Of a stretch of 64,000 bases of DNA, positions 24,420-35,347 are shown in pieces. The notes beneath the pieces are model-generated. The model was given only the letters and a program-made list of their open reading frames with translations, had not been told where the DNA came from and made no database searches. Position 1 is the first letter of the stretch. The number at the start of each line of letters is the position of its first letter. The stretch lies in assembly GCA_035221665.1 (NCBI GenBank), contig CM069171.1, forward strand, positions 10,478,001 through 10,542,000, in the 5' to 3' direction. This DNA comes from Okamejei kenojei. Lineage: Eukaryota. The translations under genes were made by a program, and so were the position numbers.

Positions 24420-25859
24420 CTGGAAGGGGGGGGCGAGTTAGGGTTAGGCATTTTCTTGTCAGTGAAGGATGCCTTAGCCTTCCCCCAGCCTGGCACTGCC
24501 CCAGTCCCACTATTGCCATGACTACACACTGGCAGTCAGTAGGGTTCAGTAAACAGGGGAACCCACAGGAGCTGCCCTCACCCATTAATTAGGCTGGTTC
24601 AGGAGCTGGACCTCTGCGGCACTCATTCAAAATGCACACTCACAATTATATTCATATTATTTTTATATAATATAATTATACATAACTCTATATGATTACA
24701 GTGATATTCACTTGGTCATATATAATATATATATATATATAAAATAATATATGGTTTAAATAGACCCCAGCTAAATTAGGCTCCCCATGGTGTAATATGA
24801 GCATTGGACAGTAGATGAAGCTTACTTTTTCGATCATATTTTCTAATTAGTTTAATTAATTAATGTGCAACTTTTGGCACTGACGAGTTATGACTTCTCA
24901 ATTATATTTTATCTAAATCTGTGCAAAATTTCATGTAGTTCCGAGACATGGGTCACGAAAGTTAAATTCTAAACACATTTTTGACACTCGGCCCACAGCC
25001 TACTGTGACGTACTGTATTACGTTCTGTGACAGTACCAGGAAGGAGGCAGAGAAAGTTGATAAAAACCTTGCAGTCCTAACTAAAAATGAAAATACTTCC
25101 ATTTAAAATATTTTATTAGATCAGTCATCTAGTGTTTACCTACTTCCTCATTTACTGTTGGTACAATAAAACCTCTGGGGCACAAATCAAGACAACGGTG
25201 TCTCCGTTTTTATTAGATTCAATATAGGCTTTTAACACTAATTACTCAGTGTACAGCACAGTGGCATCACCGGCAGAGCTGCTGCTTCAGCTCCAGATTG
25301 GACACAGTAGTGGGGTAGGGAGGTTAAGGGAGGGGTGCAATGGAACTGAAGAGGGTGAGCTGTAATTCTCACCAAATCACAGCTCGTTGTGCAAAGAAAT
25401 GCAGAGAATCAAGAATTTCAATCATAGATAAACATTCCTCTACTGCAGTACCTCTGTGCCACGAGGCATGGTATATTTTGTGCCCTTTACTGTTAATTTA
25501 TTGCATGTTTATTTGCTGTTTTTTCCAAGAGTACTGTAAATATTAAGCCCCTTATTTGGTTGTAGCAAAACATTGGCAATAACATGCACCACCTTCCTCT
25601 CATCCCCCCCGCCGCCCGCCCGCCTGCCCAGTGTGGTTCACTAACTATAGCAAGGGTTTACTGTAATTCATGCTCCATCTCCCCCCCCCCCCCCCCCCCC
25701 CAAAAAAAAGAAAAACAAATTCTTGTTTCACCTTGGCAGGATTCAGTGCCTGCGCCCCAGTTACACCATAACCAGATTTCTTAGCTTTGGTGAGATGTAG
25801 AGAGTTGAGAATTCCAGAGACACAAAATAAAAAGGGACCAATGTACACGATCACGGCCC

Positions 25860-25865
25860 TTTATT
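25860..25865 (-). terminator. Polyadenylation signal after the 26-kb terminal exon
   Basis: AATAAA on minus, ~78 nt after the TGA at 25943. Confidence 0.5.
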
Positions 25866-25942
25866 AGTGACTTTTACAATGAGCTTTGAAATGGTGGGTG
25901 GGATTTGAGTTGCCTGCTGCAAAAGAAAGGGAAGTCAGGACT

Positions 25943-26288
25943 TCAGAACAACTCCTCGGTTGGACAATGCACCCACTGGTCCTCATGACCCCAACAGGTT
26001 AAGTCTTGCTGTCTACATAGACAATCTTTGGAAGGGTAGGGACTGAGTAACGTCCTGCACCCTGGAGTGTCCACAGAGTGGTTACAGTGGGTTTCTGGTG
26101 ACATCTGATCTCTCTCTTTGGAACAGGTTGCAATCCGTAGTAACGAGGCTTCAATGGGCTTCTGCTCGAGTTTTCCCTCTGGCAGTGTGCAGCAAAGTGT
26201 TGGAGGTAGATCATCAGCCATGGGCTTGAAGGGCAGGGCAACGCTGACGATCCCAAAGGCCCATTGTTTCGCCAAATACTGAGCGATC
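25943..26288 (-). CDS. Candidate terminal coding exon of an unidentified host gene (IAQYLAKQWAFGIVSVALPFKP...PTEELF*)
   Basis: Acceptor ctcacattgcatttgccttgtgcag|G; open 115 codons; phase matches the 26-nt exon at 32936-32961; AATAAA follows. Confidence 0.6.
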
Positions 26289-26359
26289 CTGCACAAGGCA
26301 AATGCAATGTGAGCATTCATTTCAGGACAACTGGAATATAAACTCAAAAAGCTGGAGTA

Positions 26360-26530
26360 TCTCTAAAATATATAACAAGAGATGTAATGCTGAGGCTTTA
26401 TAAGGCACTGGTCCGACCACATGTGGACTATTGTGAGCAGTTTTGGGACCCATAGCAGAAGAGGGATATGCTAGTAATTAGACAGGGCGCAGAGGAGGTT
26501 TATGAGAGAATGATTGGATTAACATATGAT
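26360..26530 (+). mobile_element. CR1 fragment, left part (DIRS target; continues at 31471-31660)
   Basis: gtaatgctgaggctttataaggcactggtccgaccaca...ttaacatatgat joins tgatgaatgtttgactgctctggacctgtactcgctggag; uninterrupted relative at ~32000-32160. Confidence 0.85.
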
Positions 26531-26601
26531 TAGTAAGATTAAACGAGAACTCACCTGTTCGAAGTTTGATCGTTATTTTACGAGGAGTTACGATGAGGGA
26601 T

Positions 26602-26639
26602 TACGTGAAGAAGAGCCCGCCTCACGCTGGTAACGGCAT
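26602..26639. repeat. DIRS 3' ITR (38 bp; partner 31406-31443)
   Basis: tacgtgaagaagagcccgcctcacgctggtaacggcat is the exact reverse complement of 31406-31443. Confidence 0.95.
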
Positions 26640-26757
26640 ACTTCAAAGCAACGGCATGAAAAACACAGAACACCAAAGCCGGAGTAACATAGTAAGGCTC
26701 ATAAAAAGACTTAGAACCACCATTTGATCATTTATTTTACGAGGTGGGAGTGGAGGG

Positions 26758-26871
26758 CACGTAATCCCTCATCGTAACTCCTCGTAAAATAACGATCAAA
26801 CTTCGAACAGGTGAGTTCTCGTTTAATCTTACTATTTTACTTCGGAGTCCACGTGAGTGACTACGTGAAGA
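26758..26871. repeat. DIRS internal complementary region (ICR)
   Basis: 26758-26834 is the exact complement of 26531-26607; 26834-26871 is complementary to 31434-31470 except for one extra C. Confidence 0.95.
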
Positions 26872-27149
26872 GTTTTAAAGCTTTCTGTGTTTTTTATGTC
26901 GTAGAATTAATCCGTACGACAGTCCGGCTAAGTAAACACATACATGAGAAAGCAGACAAAAGTTAGATCTTTTTCACAATTAAATTTTTTAATGGATGAA
27001 AAAACCATATAATACCCTCCTTATATTTGAGGGAAAATTGATTACAAGTGACAAAAGATATCAGTGACTACACAACTGATTATAGCAATTAATAGAAACA
27101 AAGCAGGTGATTATAGTGCTCCCAACACCGCGTGTCCCAAAGCTTGTCA

Positions 27150-28085
27150 TAGTGTGAACAGGTTTGTTGTAGAACTTTGAAAAAGTTTCTTCTTTACTCC
27201 ACCCTGCGATTTTTAAAATATGCTCGAGAGGTACGTCCGCCCCTTCGCCGCGGACGTAGCTGCCGCCCTGGTGGAGTGAGATTTGAAGACATCAGTGTCT
27301 ACTCCCGCTAAAACCAACACCTGTTTCAACCATTTTGAGATAGTTTGAACTGAAGCTTTTGTGTGTGGCTTTTTGTGCGTAAGCAGCAATGTCTTTTCGT
27401 TTCCTCGAAAAGTGTCCGTAATTTTAATATATTGGTTCAAATGTCTAACCACACACAAAGCAGGCTCAACATGAAAAGCTTGAAAGGTTACCTTTGTTCC
27501 AGATCTGCCTGGTCTACTTTGTTTGATCAGATCGTAAACATAGAATACAACATTATCTGTAGTCACATGCATACAGTCTAAACGCAACATTTGTAAAGTT
27601 TGCACTCTTTGGGCTGAGACCAGTGCCATTAACATGACCAACTTCAATGTTAACCTATCCAATGTCAACCCTTCAATTGGCGTCCATTCTCTAAGTAGAG
27701 CAAGAACTATGCTCACATCCCAAATCTCTGTATATCTAGGTTTTGGCGGATTCATGTGAAAAATTCCTTTCATGAATCGTGATATTAATGGATGCGACCC
27801 AATTGACTTCTCACCAATCATAAGTCCTAAATAGGACGACAAGGCACAACGTGCAGTGTTAATGGCACTGTAACTTAAATGTTGCCCAAAGTGCAAATTG
27901 GCAAGGAATTCCAAAACATGAGTAACATTCACAGATTCATCAGAAATATTTGACTGTGTGCAAAATTCTTCCCATTTCTTAATATGTGTCATATATTGTT
28001 TCTGTGTACTATGTCGCCATGATGCACCAATAACTGTCAAAGTTTGGTCCGACAATCCCAGTTCCTGTAGTGGTCTGGTCAAAAC
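27150..28085 (-). CDS. DIRS tyrosine recombinase (two 1-nt shifts near the C-terminus)
   Basis: SAM-like binding domain, SAQR and HSTR motifs, and after the shifts ILKIAGWSKEETF-QKFYNKP carrying the catalytic Tyr; true stop not determined. Confidence 0.93.
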
Positions 28086-28740
28086 CTGCAGATTAACAAA
28101 TTCATATATGCATATAATGGGTAACCTTGATTTGTTACTGGATTAGTCAAGATATCACTACAGTTAGGAATCTGCATATATGGTTCTTTAATCATATTTA
28201 GCATAACTGGGAACCAAGGTTGAGTTGGCCAATTTGGCACTACCAACAATCCGGAAGCTGAATCTTGCTCTATTTTCTTCAAACATCTCTGGATCAGAGC
28301 AAATGGTGGAAAAGCATAAAAGAACATTTTTCCCCAGTGTAATGAAAATGCATCTACTGCAACTGCGTCCGGATCATGTTCCCAAGACACATAATGAGGC
28401 AATTGATGATTAAGCCTGGATGCAAACAAATCAATTTCTGGCAAGCCAAATTGTTTAACAATATTCTTAAATATTGCTGGCTTAAGCATCCATTCCGTAT
28501 TATCTTTAAAAATCCTGGACCTTCCATCTGCTACCACATTGTCTTTACCTGGAATATAGCTTGCTGAAATCCATATCTGCCGATCAATACACCATTGCCA
28601 TATCTCATTGACCAGACAATCACATGATACTGATCTAACTCCCCCCATGTGATTAATGTAAACCACAGCCGTTTTATTGTCTAATTGTATTAATACATGC
28701 AGACATTGTTTAGCAGAACAATATGCTTTAAGCCCATTAA
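28079..28740 (-). CDS. DIRS RNase H C-terminus and N6-adenine methyltransferase-like (MT) domain
   Basis: DNKTAVVYINHMGG, YIPGKDNVVADGRSR, IDLFASRLN, DAFSLHW, YAFPPF, PNWPTQPWF. Confidence 0.92.
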
Positions 28741-29206
28741 AAGGCCCCCAATAACTCCAAATAGTTAATACCATATTGTTGGAGCAACACTTGCTCTTCA
28801 GTTTTCCATCTACCTCCACAACTGGTAGATAAATCTGTGGCCCCCCATCCGAGAGCACTAGCATCTGTTTGCAAAACCATTTCAGGCTGTTTAATCATGA
28901 TCTTTTTAGCAGCTTGTGGGACATTTTCAACCCACCATTGCAATTCCAATACTGCTTCCTTTGTTAATTGCATAGGTCTGTCAAAGTGACCTGCCTTATC
29001 TTTAAGAGCCCTTACTTTGTCCCTTTGAAGATTTTGATAATGTAATGGCCCAAACTCCACTGCCGGAAAAGCTGCCACTAATGTACCAATGACCTTTGCC
29101 ACTTCTCGGATGGAGGGATAAGGTTTGTGAATGAGATAATTACACATTTGCAAAATATCATTTGTCTTCTTTGCTGGCAACGTAACTAACATAGTTACTG
29201 AGTTAA
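28737..29206 (-). CDS. DIRS pol connection region and RNase H N-terminus
   Basis: ELQWW, LQTDASALGWGA, INYLELLG. Confidence 0.92.
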
Positions 29207-29970
29207 TTACAACCCCAGAAAATCAATTGATTGAACTGGCTGCAGCTGGGATTTAATTGGATGAATTAAGAATCCAAGCTCTTTAAACAAAGCTTTAGTA
29301 ACTGAAATTGAGTGCTCAGCTGACTCTTGACTATCATTAACAATCAGAATGTCATCCAGATAAGCCATTACAATGTGTTTCTGTGCTCTTAATTGAGCTA
29401 AAACTGGTTTCAACAGTTTTGTAAAGAGTCTAGGAGCTGAACTTAATCCATTTGGTAAAGCTTTGAACTGCCATAATTGCCCCTGCCAATAAAACTTTAA
29501 GTATCTCCGAAAAAGATGATGAATTGGTACAGAATAATAGGCGTCTTTTAAATCAATCTTAGCCATATAAGAACCTGCTGAAATCAAATATTTTGCAGTT
29601 TTAAATGTCTCCATCTTAAAACGTTTGTATTCTACAAAACTTATTTAGATCTGTAAGGTCTAGAATAATTCTACAACCACCATCTTTCTTATCTCTGCGA
29701 AATATATTAGAGACAAATTGATGCTTATGTTCATAAGTTTTTTCAATTACCCCTTTTTCGGATAATTTGCCAATTTCCACATCAATCTCCATTCTTTCTT
29801 CTGGAGAAAACACATAAGCATAAGCAGGTTTATTCTGTACAGGAGGATTGACCCCTTCTTTAAAAATAATAATAGCTCCTGAAACTGCTTGTAATATAAA
29901 CCGATCAGAAGTAATATTAAGCCAGGCATTATAAAATTTTTGCAATCTCCCTCCAACTGGAGATTCATCC
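29207..29970 (-). CDS. DIRS reverse transcriptase
   Basis: VGGRL..F..AW, KKDGGCRIILDL, DLKDAYY, LPNGLSSAP, YLDD, FLG; 1-nt shift at ~29636. Confidence 0.96.
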
Positions 29971-31213
29971 ACAGTTTCTTTAAGGATAGAAGTCTTTAAT
30001 ACCTCTCCATAGGAGCGTGATGGTCTCCTCTTTCCCGAATGCAGGGAAGCAGCGGCCTGTGTAGCACGATAATACCTTCGTGACAAATTTCTGCCTCTAT
30101 AACGAAAATCAAAACTCCTTCGGGCCGAAAACCCTTTCCTTTGTCCAAAGACAAAAGGCTTAATAGTGCTAAAATATTTAGCTTCTTCATCCAACTGCTT
30201 CAGTTGTTTCGGCAGATTTTCTCCAAACAAATATCCAGGAGCTTGAACTCCACTTTCTTGACACAGGCTTGCAAATCTAGGGTGAAATATGGGCCGAATC
30301 GCCATTTTCCTCATGCAATTGATCTCATAAAACGAATTGCACATTAAACCCAAAGTATCTCTTTGAATCTTGTCCATTTCCAGTTTCTCCATTTGCCTGC
30401 CAAACGCCGTGATGGCAGCCGAAAATAATTTTAGCACCTTTTGAAATTTCATTTCTTGGGCTCTCATACTTGGAGTCATAGATGCCCATACCATCGGATT
30501 CACCGTAGGCACTTCCAATGAGGCACAATTGCCTGGTGCTTTATATAATTCTGATAATTCATTCATCACAGTACTATGAAGCTGGGTGAGATACCATATA
30601 ATTTATATTGGCAGCCAGGCTTTCTTCCATATCCTCACCACTTCCTTCAGGTATAGCAAAAACTTTGTGCTATCCCAGGCAGATCAAGCCTTTTCTTTTT
30701 ACTTTGTGGCGTACTTTCAAAAACCATTTCAAATTCAGCAGGGTCTGCCTTCTGCAGCCCTAATTCCATCGGGATATTATCCCATGAGACTTCTTCCAGC
30801 CCAAATCGTGGGTCTGGAGTATCATATTCCCAACTTGGCCCACAGCCATATTCATCATATTGAAACCCCTCAGGGATTTTCTGGGATTCATGAGGGTACT
30901 GTGACCCTTGTCTCATAATAGTTTGGAGAACTTTCTCCATATGCTCCATTTTTAGCCACATAGTTTTATTAACTGGAGGTCTTTCAAAATCAGAATCATC
31001 AGAAACCACGGGCCTCACAGTTTTCTTTTTGCATTTCTTAGGAACACTTTCCTCCGTGGTTATAATTTCCGGAGAATCTGGAAATTCTATATCGGGTAAA
31101 TCAGTGGCCAACGGTATCGGAACCGGGTCCACTCTAGCTTCGCTTCCCGTATATTTACTCTCACCCCGGGAGGCTCTTTTCACCCGCGAAGCCTTCCTTC
31201 CCGATTTCTCCAT
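29971..31213 (-). CDS. DIRS gag-like ORF (two 1-nt shifts at ~30585 and ~30660)
   Basis: ATG at 31213; PGNCASLEVPTVNPMVW and YLFGENL motifs typical of DIRS ORF1; reads in frame into RT. Confidence 0.85.
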
Positions 31214-31789
31214 TTTTGTTAAAATTTTTATCTTGTGCTCATCAGCACGTTAGCGTCTAAATTTTACTTTTAGTTTCGCTGTTGGAACATCCAGCGTAAC
31301 CTAAAACCCGCGCCGATGTAACTTCACTTACCTGCGGGCCGTTCCGACCGCTGCGAGGAGCTGCTCCTTACTGCAGCTCCACCTTCTGCCGTCAGCGTCG
31401 ACGTCATGCCGTTACCAGCGTGAGGCGGGCTCTTCTTCACGTAGTCACTCACGTGACTCCGAAGTAAAATTGATGAATGTTTGACTGCTCTGGACCTGTA
31501 CTCGCTGGAGTTTAGAAGGATAAGGGGGGGGACCTCATTGAATAGTGAAAGGGTGGATGTGAGAGGATGTTTCCACTAGTGGGAGAGAGTCTAGGACAAG
31601 AGGGCACAGCTTCAGAATTAAAGGATGTATCTTCAGAAAGTAGACCTGGAGGAATAAAATTAAAGAGAAGGCATGTAACATTGCAGAGGTCAGTGGGGTT
31701 GCTGGAGAATTGGGAAGCTTTAAAAAAAAACACCAGAAGGTAATTAAAGGTTGAGAGAGTGGGCTGAGAAGTGGCAGTTGGAATACAGC

Positions 31790-32750
31790 AGAGCAAAATA
31801 TGGAGTCGTGCATTTTGGTAGTAGGAATAAAGGCGTAGACTATTTTCTAAATGGGGAAAGAATTCAGGATTTGGAGGTGCAAAGAGACTCGGGAGTGCTG
31901 CTGCAGGATTCCTAAAAAGTTAATTTGCAAGTTGAATCGGTGTTAAGGAAGGTGAATGCAAAGCCGCAGTTAGTTTGAGAGGGCTAGAATATAAATGCAG
32001 GGATGTAATGCTGAGGAGTTCCTAGGGCACTGGTCAGACCACATTTGGAATATTGTGAGCCGTTTTGGGCACCAAATTTCAGGAAGGATTGGGTTAAGAT
32101 ATGATGGCGTTTGGTGGCACTGGGCCTCTACTTGCTGGAGTTTAGAAGGATGAGGGGGAAACTCATTCAAACTTACCGAATAGTAAAAGTGGTTGTGGAG
32201 AGGATGTTTCCACCAGTCGGAGAGTCTTGGACCAGAAGCCATAGCCTCAGAAAAAAAGGACGTACCTTTAGAAAGATGAGAAGGAAGTTCTTTAGTTAGA
32301 GGGTGGTGAAGCTGTGGAATTCATTGCCACAGACGGAGATGGAGGCCAAGTCAATGGATATTTTTGAGGCAGAGATTGACTGATTTTTTTTATTAGTACG
32401 GGTATCGGGTTATGGGGCAAAGGCAGGAGAATGGGGTTGAGAGGGAAAGATAGATCAGCCCTGATTGAATGGCAGAGTAGACTTGATGGGCTGAATGGCC
32501 TTATTCTGCTCCTGTAACTTATGAATTTATTTAGGGAGGGCGGTGAATCTGTGGAACTATTTGCCAAATCATTCGGAATTTTTTAAAGCAGAGATTGACA
32601 GGTTCTTGATTAGTAAGGGGGTCAAAGGTTATGGGGAGAAGGCAGGAGAATGGGGTCGAGAGGGAAAAATAGATCAGCCATTGTTGAATGGTGGAGTAGA
32701 CTCGATGGGCTGAATGGCCTAATTTTGGTCCTATGGCTAATGAACTTATG
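31790..32750 (+). mobile_element. CR1 3' fragment with a duplicated tail
   Basis: LGLYLLEFRRMRGKLIQTY peptide; 3' UTR present twice (ending ~32525 and ~32750). Confidence 0.85.
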
Positions 32751-32935
32751 ACAAGTGGCACTGGCAGAGCAGTTTGAAGACTGACAGCTGTCTACATTGT
32801 TGGTGGCACAGGAGCTGCTTCAGACAGTGAGAGATCGGGAGCCATGAATATGCTGCCAGTGAATGTTCTACAACTGTTTGTAAGGCCTATCTCGTGGGGA
32901 ATTGCAGAAGAAGGATACCCAAGTAAAGGTCTTAC

Positions 32936-32961
32936 CTGAAGTCCCGAGCGATGTCCCATAC
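32936..32961 (-). CDS. 26-nt candidate micro-exon (VWDIARDFR)
   Basis: Acceptor ctaattcttgaaactttctcacctgtgccag|, donor CAG|GTAAGA; phase 2 joins 26288 in frame. Confidence 0.55.
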
Positions 32962-34054
32962 CTGGCACAGGTGAGAAAGTTTCAAGAATTAGAAGCAATA
33001 AAGAAAGGCTTTCTTTCACCTTTCTCCTATTACACTAGCAAGGCTAACAAAGATGTTTTTGCCATTCTTCCATAACACTAGCGAGATAACAGCACAACTT
33101 CAAGAATGTTTTCCTTTATGATATAAACATCAGGAGAATGTTCAGACACTTGGCGTACTCTTTACTCTATAAGATTATAATGTGCATCAATAAGGTAAAA
33201 AAAACAAATACTTGATCTGCAGAAAAATAGCTTCTTTAGCATAACCATATATGGGCTAACCTTTCCTCTCTCGGAAGAACCTGTCAATCTTAACAATCAA
33301 GAGGCTGCACAATACTCTGTAAGATAAAGTATTGCTGAATCGCTGATTATTGGGGTATAAATATATCTGATTGAACATTACCTCTGTGTGCACCTATAGT
33401 CTGTATATTACATACTGTAAGAGTTTACTGCCACACCAGCCTGTCGAAATAAATATATTACTACTTGACTACGAATTTTATTGCGTTTTTGTCTATTTGA
33501 AGTGAAACAAACCTTAACACGGGAAGGCAGTTCAGCAGAGAAGCAGCTCAGTCTATTCCTAGTAGCACCACATCCTCCTCAGGAATACCGATGAGTCAGG
33601 AGCAATGAAGCTTCTACATGCTTCCCATGGTCCACGGCCATCTCTTCAGATCTTGTCCTTTGGTCAACCTCAGGTCAATCAGAGGCTGATGATCACCCTG
33701 GAAAAAGTTAAATCTCTTCCCTTCTTTCTTCTCCTGCGGTCGGGGGCCTCGAGACTTCCGTTGACGGGGCGATCTTGGCTCCTGTAGCCGGCGGTCGGGC
33801 CCTCCGCGTCGGGGCGATCAAGCTCCTGCATTGGGGGGGATCTCTGCTCCCCGTGCCAGGCGATCAGACCACCGGTTGGGGCTGGTCAAACCTCCTGCGA
33901 CTTTGGACCTTCCCGACATCAGTTTCTACCCGAGATTGCGAGCTCCCTGATGTTGAAATCCGCAGGCTGCGGTTGGAGTGTCGATCCCAGGCAAGGGATC
34001 GCAGGCTCCAAAGGTAAGTCCACAGCCCTGCGGTGGGGCTCAAAGTCAGTCTCA

Positions 34055-34290
34055 AGCAAGGCCTCCAGTTCAGCACAAATGGGCAACACCTCCTCCTCTA
34101 TAACCAACACAGGACCAGCTCAAGGCTGTGTGCTCAGTCCCCTGCACTATGACCAGGACTGCACAGCCAGACCATTCCAATGCCATCTTTAAATTTCACC
34201 GACGATACCACCATTGTTGGACAAATAATAGGTAATGATGAGTCAGAGTACAGGAGAGAGATTGATAATCTGAGGGAATGCTGCCAATAG
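34055..34290 (+). mobile_element. Rex/Babar-like RT fragment (second copy 36190-36580)
   Basis: TNTGPAQGCVLSPL..DQDC..FKFTDDTTIVG (FADD-like). Confidence 0.7.
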
Positions 34291-34329
34291 GACATTATTA
34301 CTCCTGTTCTTCCATTTCTGCTGGGATAT

Positions 34330-34640
34330 CCTCCAGAATGTGGTTACAGTATAGGAAGGTGGTTTACTGTAGGTGAATTGATTTTGTCATCCAAAGAGTG
34401 GCTATCAGTCACCGTTGATCCTAGGGAGGTGAATTGGATGACAGTTTCCAGCTGACTCGTGTTTAGGATGATTTCAGAGGGGAGTGGAGTGCCTTGACCC
34501 ATGACTACAGCCGTCTTAATACTGACTGTCGGTCGGTAATCATTGCAAGCATGAGACAGTCTGTCCATCAGCCCCTGAATTCCTTCTATTGCTGGGCTGT
34601 TGAGTGACCAATATGGTCCCGAATGTTCTTCTTCCATCTT
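34330..34640 (-). mobile_element. RTE (BovB-like) RT fragment
   Basis: IQGLMDRLSHAC..TVSIKT.VMGQ..FTSLGSTVT. Confidence 0.75.
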
Positions 34641-34832
34641 GGTGGCGCACCATTCCATGAGCCGTCTGACCTCCAGCACCTACCGAGGACCCGTATTTGA
34701 CACTTGTCTCGGTGGTCACTTCAGCTGCCGGGTTCGTCCTTGTTTGTGGTCACTGCGGGCCGAGTTTGGTCTTGAGCGGCTTCAATTTTCTGTCATTCAA
34801 GTCCACGGTGATCATCAATCTTGGCCAGACTA

Positions 34833-35347
34833 ATTTTCCTTAATTAGGAAAAAAGTATAGAAACACATTATATTAAATTCTTAATATTAGTGCGAATATA
34901 GATATCATTAGTTGTATGAAAATATTATTAATGTCTTGTATTTTTAATTACATAAAATTGTGTAGTTTCAACTATATAATAATTTGGAAATATAAAGTCA
35001 ATAATAATACAAACACTCTTATTATTATGAAAATATAATGAATATTATAGTTCGGTTAATATTGTGTATTATACAATTATAACATGGGGGACTTGTATTT
35101 TGAAATCAAAGGAAATATGAAGATTTTGAGTAGTATGAGTATATTGCTAATATTAGGAATGTACTATACACACTCCCAATTATACAAAATAAATAACCTT
35201 GATATGTATAATTGATAATATCACAAATAATATAAACAGTATCAATTTATTATTAATATTATATATTTTTTATCGTCGTATAAGAGTGTACTTTGTAATT
35301 ACTTTGTTTCTATAATAAAAAAATTTTTTTAAAGAAAAAAAAAGAAA
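34833..35347 (+). mobile_element. L1-clade 3' UTR with poly(A)
   Basis: AT-rich, ends aataaa plus an A tail; interrupts the mosaic module; related to 39435-39777. Confidence 0.55.

Larger units (their letters stand above)
26531..31470 (-). mobile_element. Full-length DIRS1-type tyrosine-recombinase retrotransposon
   Basis: gag, RT, RNase H, MT and YR coding blocks plus inverted terminal repeats, terminal extensions and an internal complementary region. Confidence 0.97.

Noticed and set aside
24169-24441. Plus-strand 90-aa ORF with a DHTY motif
   Set aside because: No flanking + strand splice or promoter support; mirrors the minus frame that has a strong acceptor.
33212-33440. Chain of 12/12/20/5-nt micro-exons giving LVWQCTQRFFRERKDQ in frame with the 26-nt exon
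   Set aside because: Needs 35- and 44-nt introns, below typical vertebrate minimum, and weak donors; likely chance.
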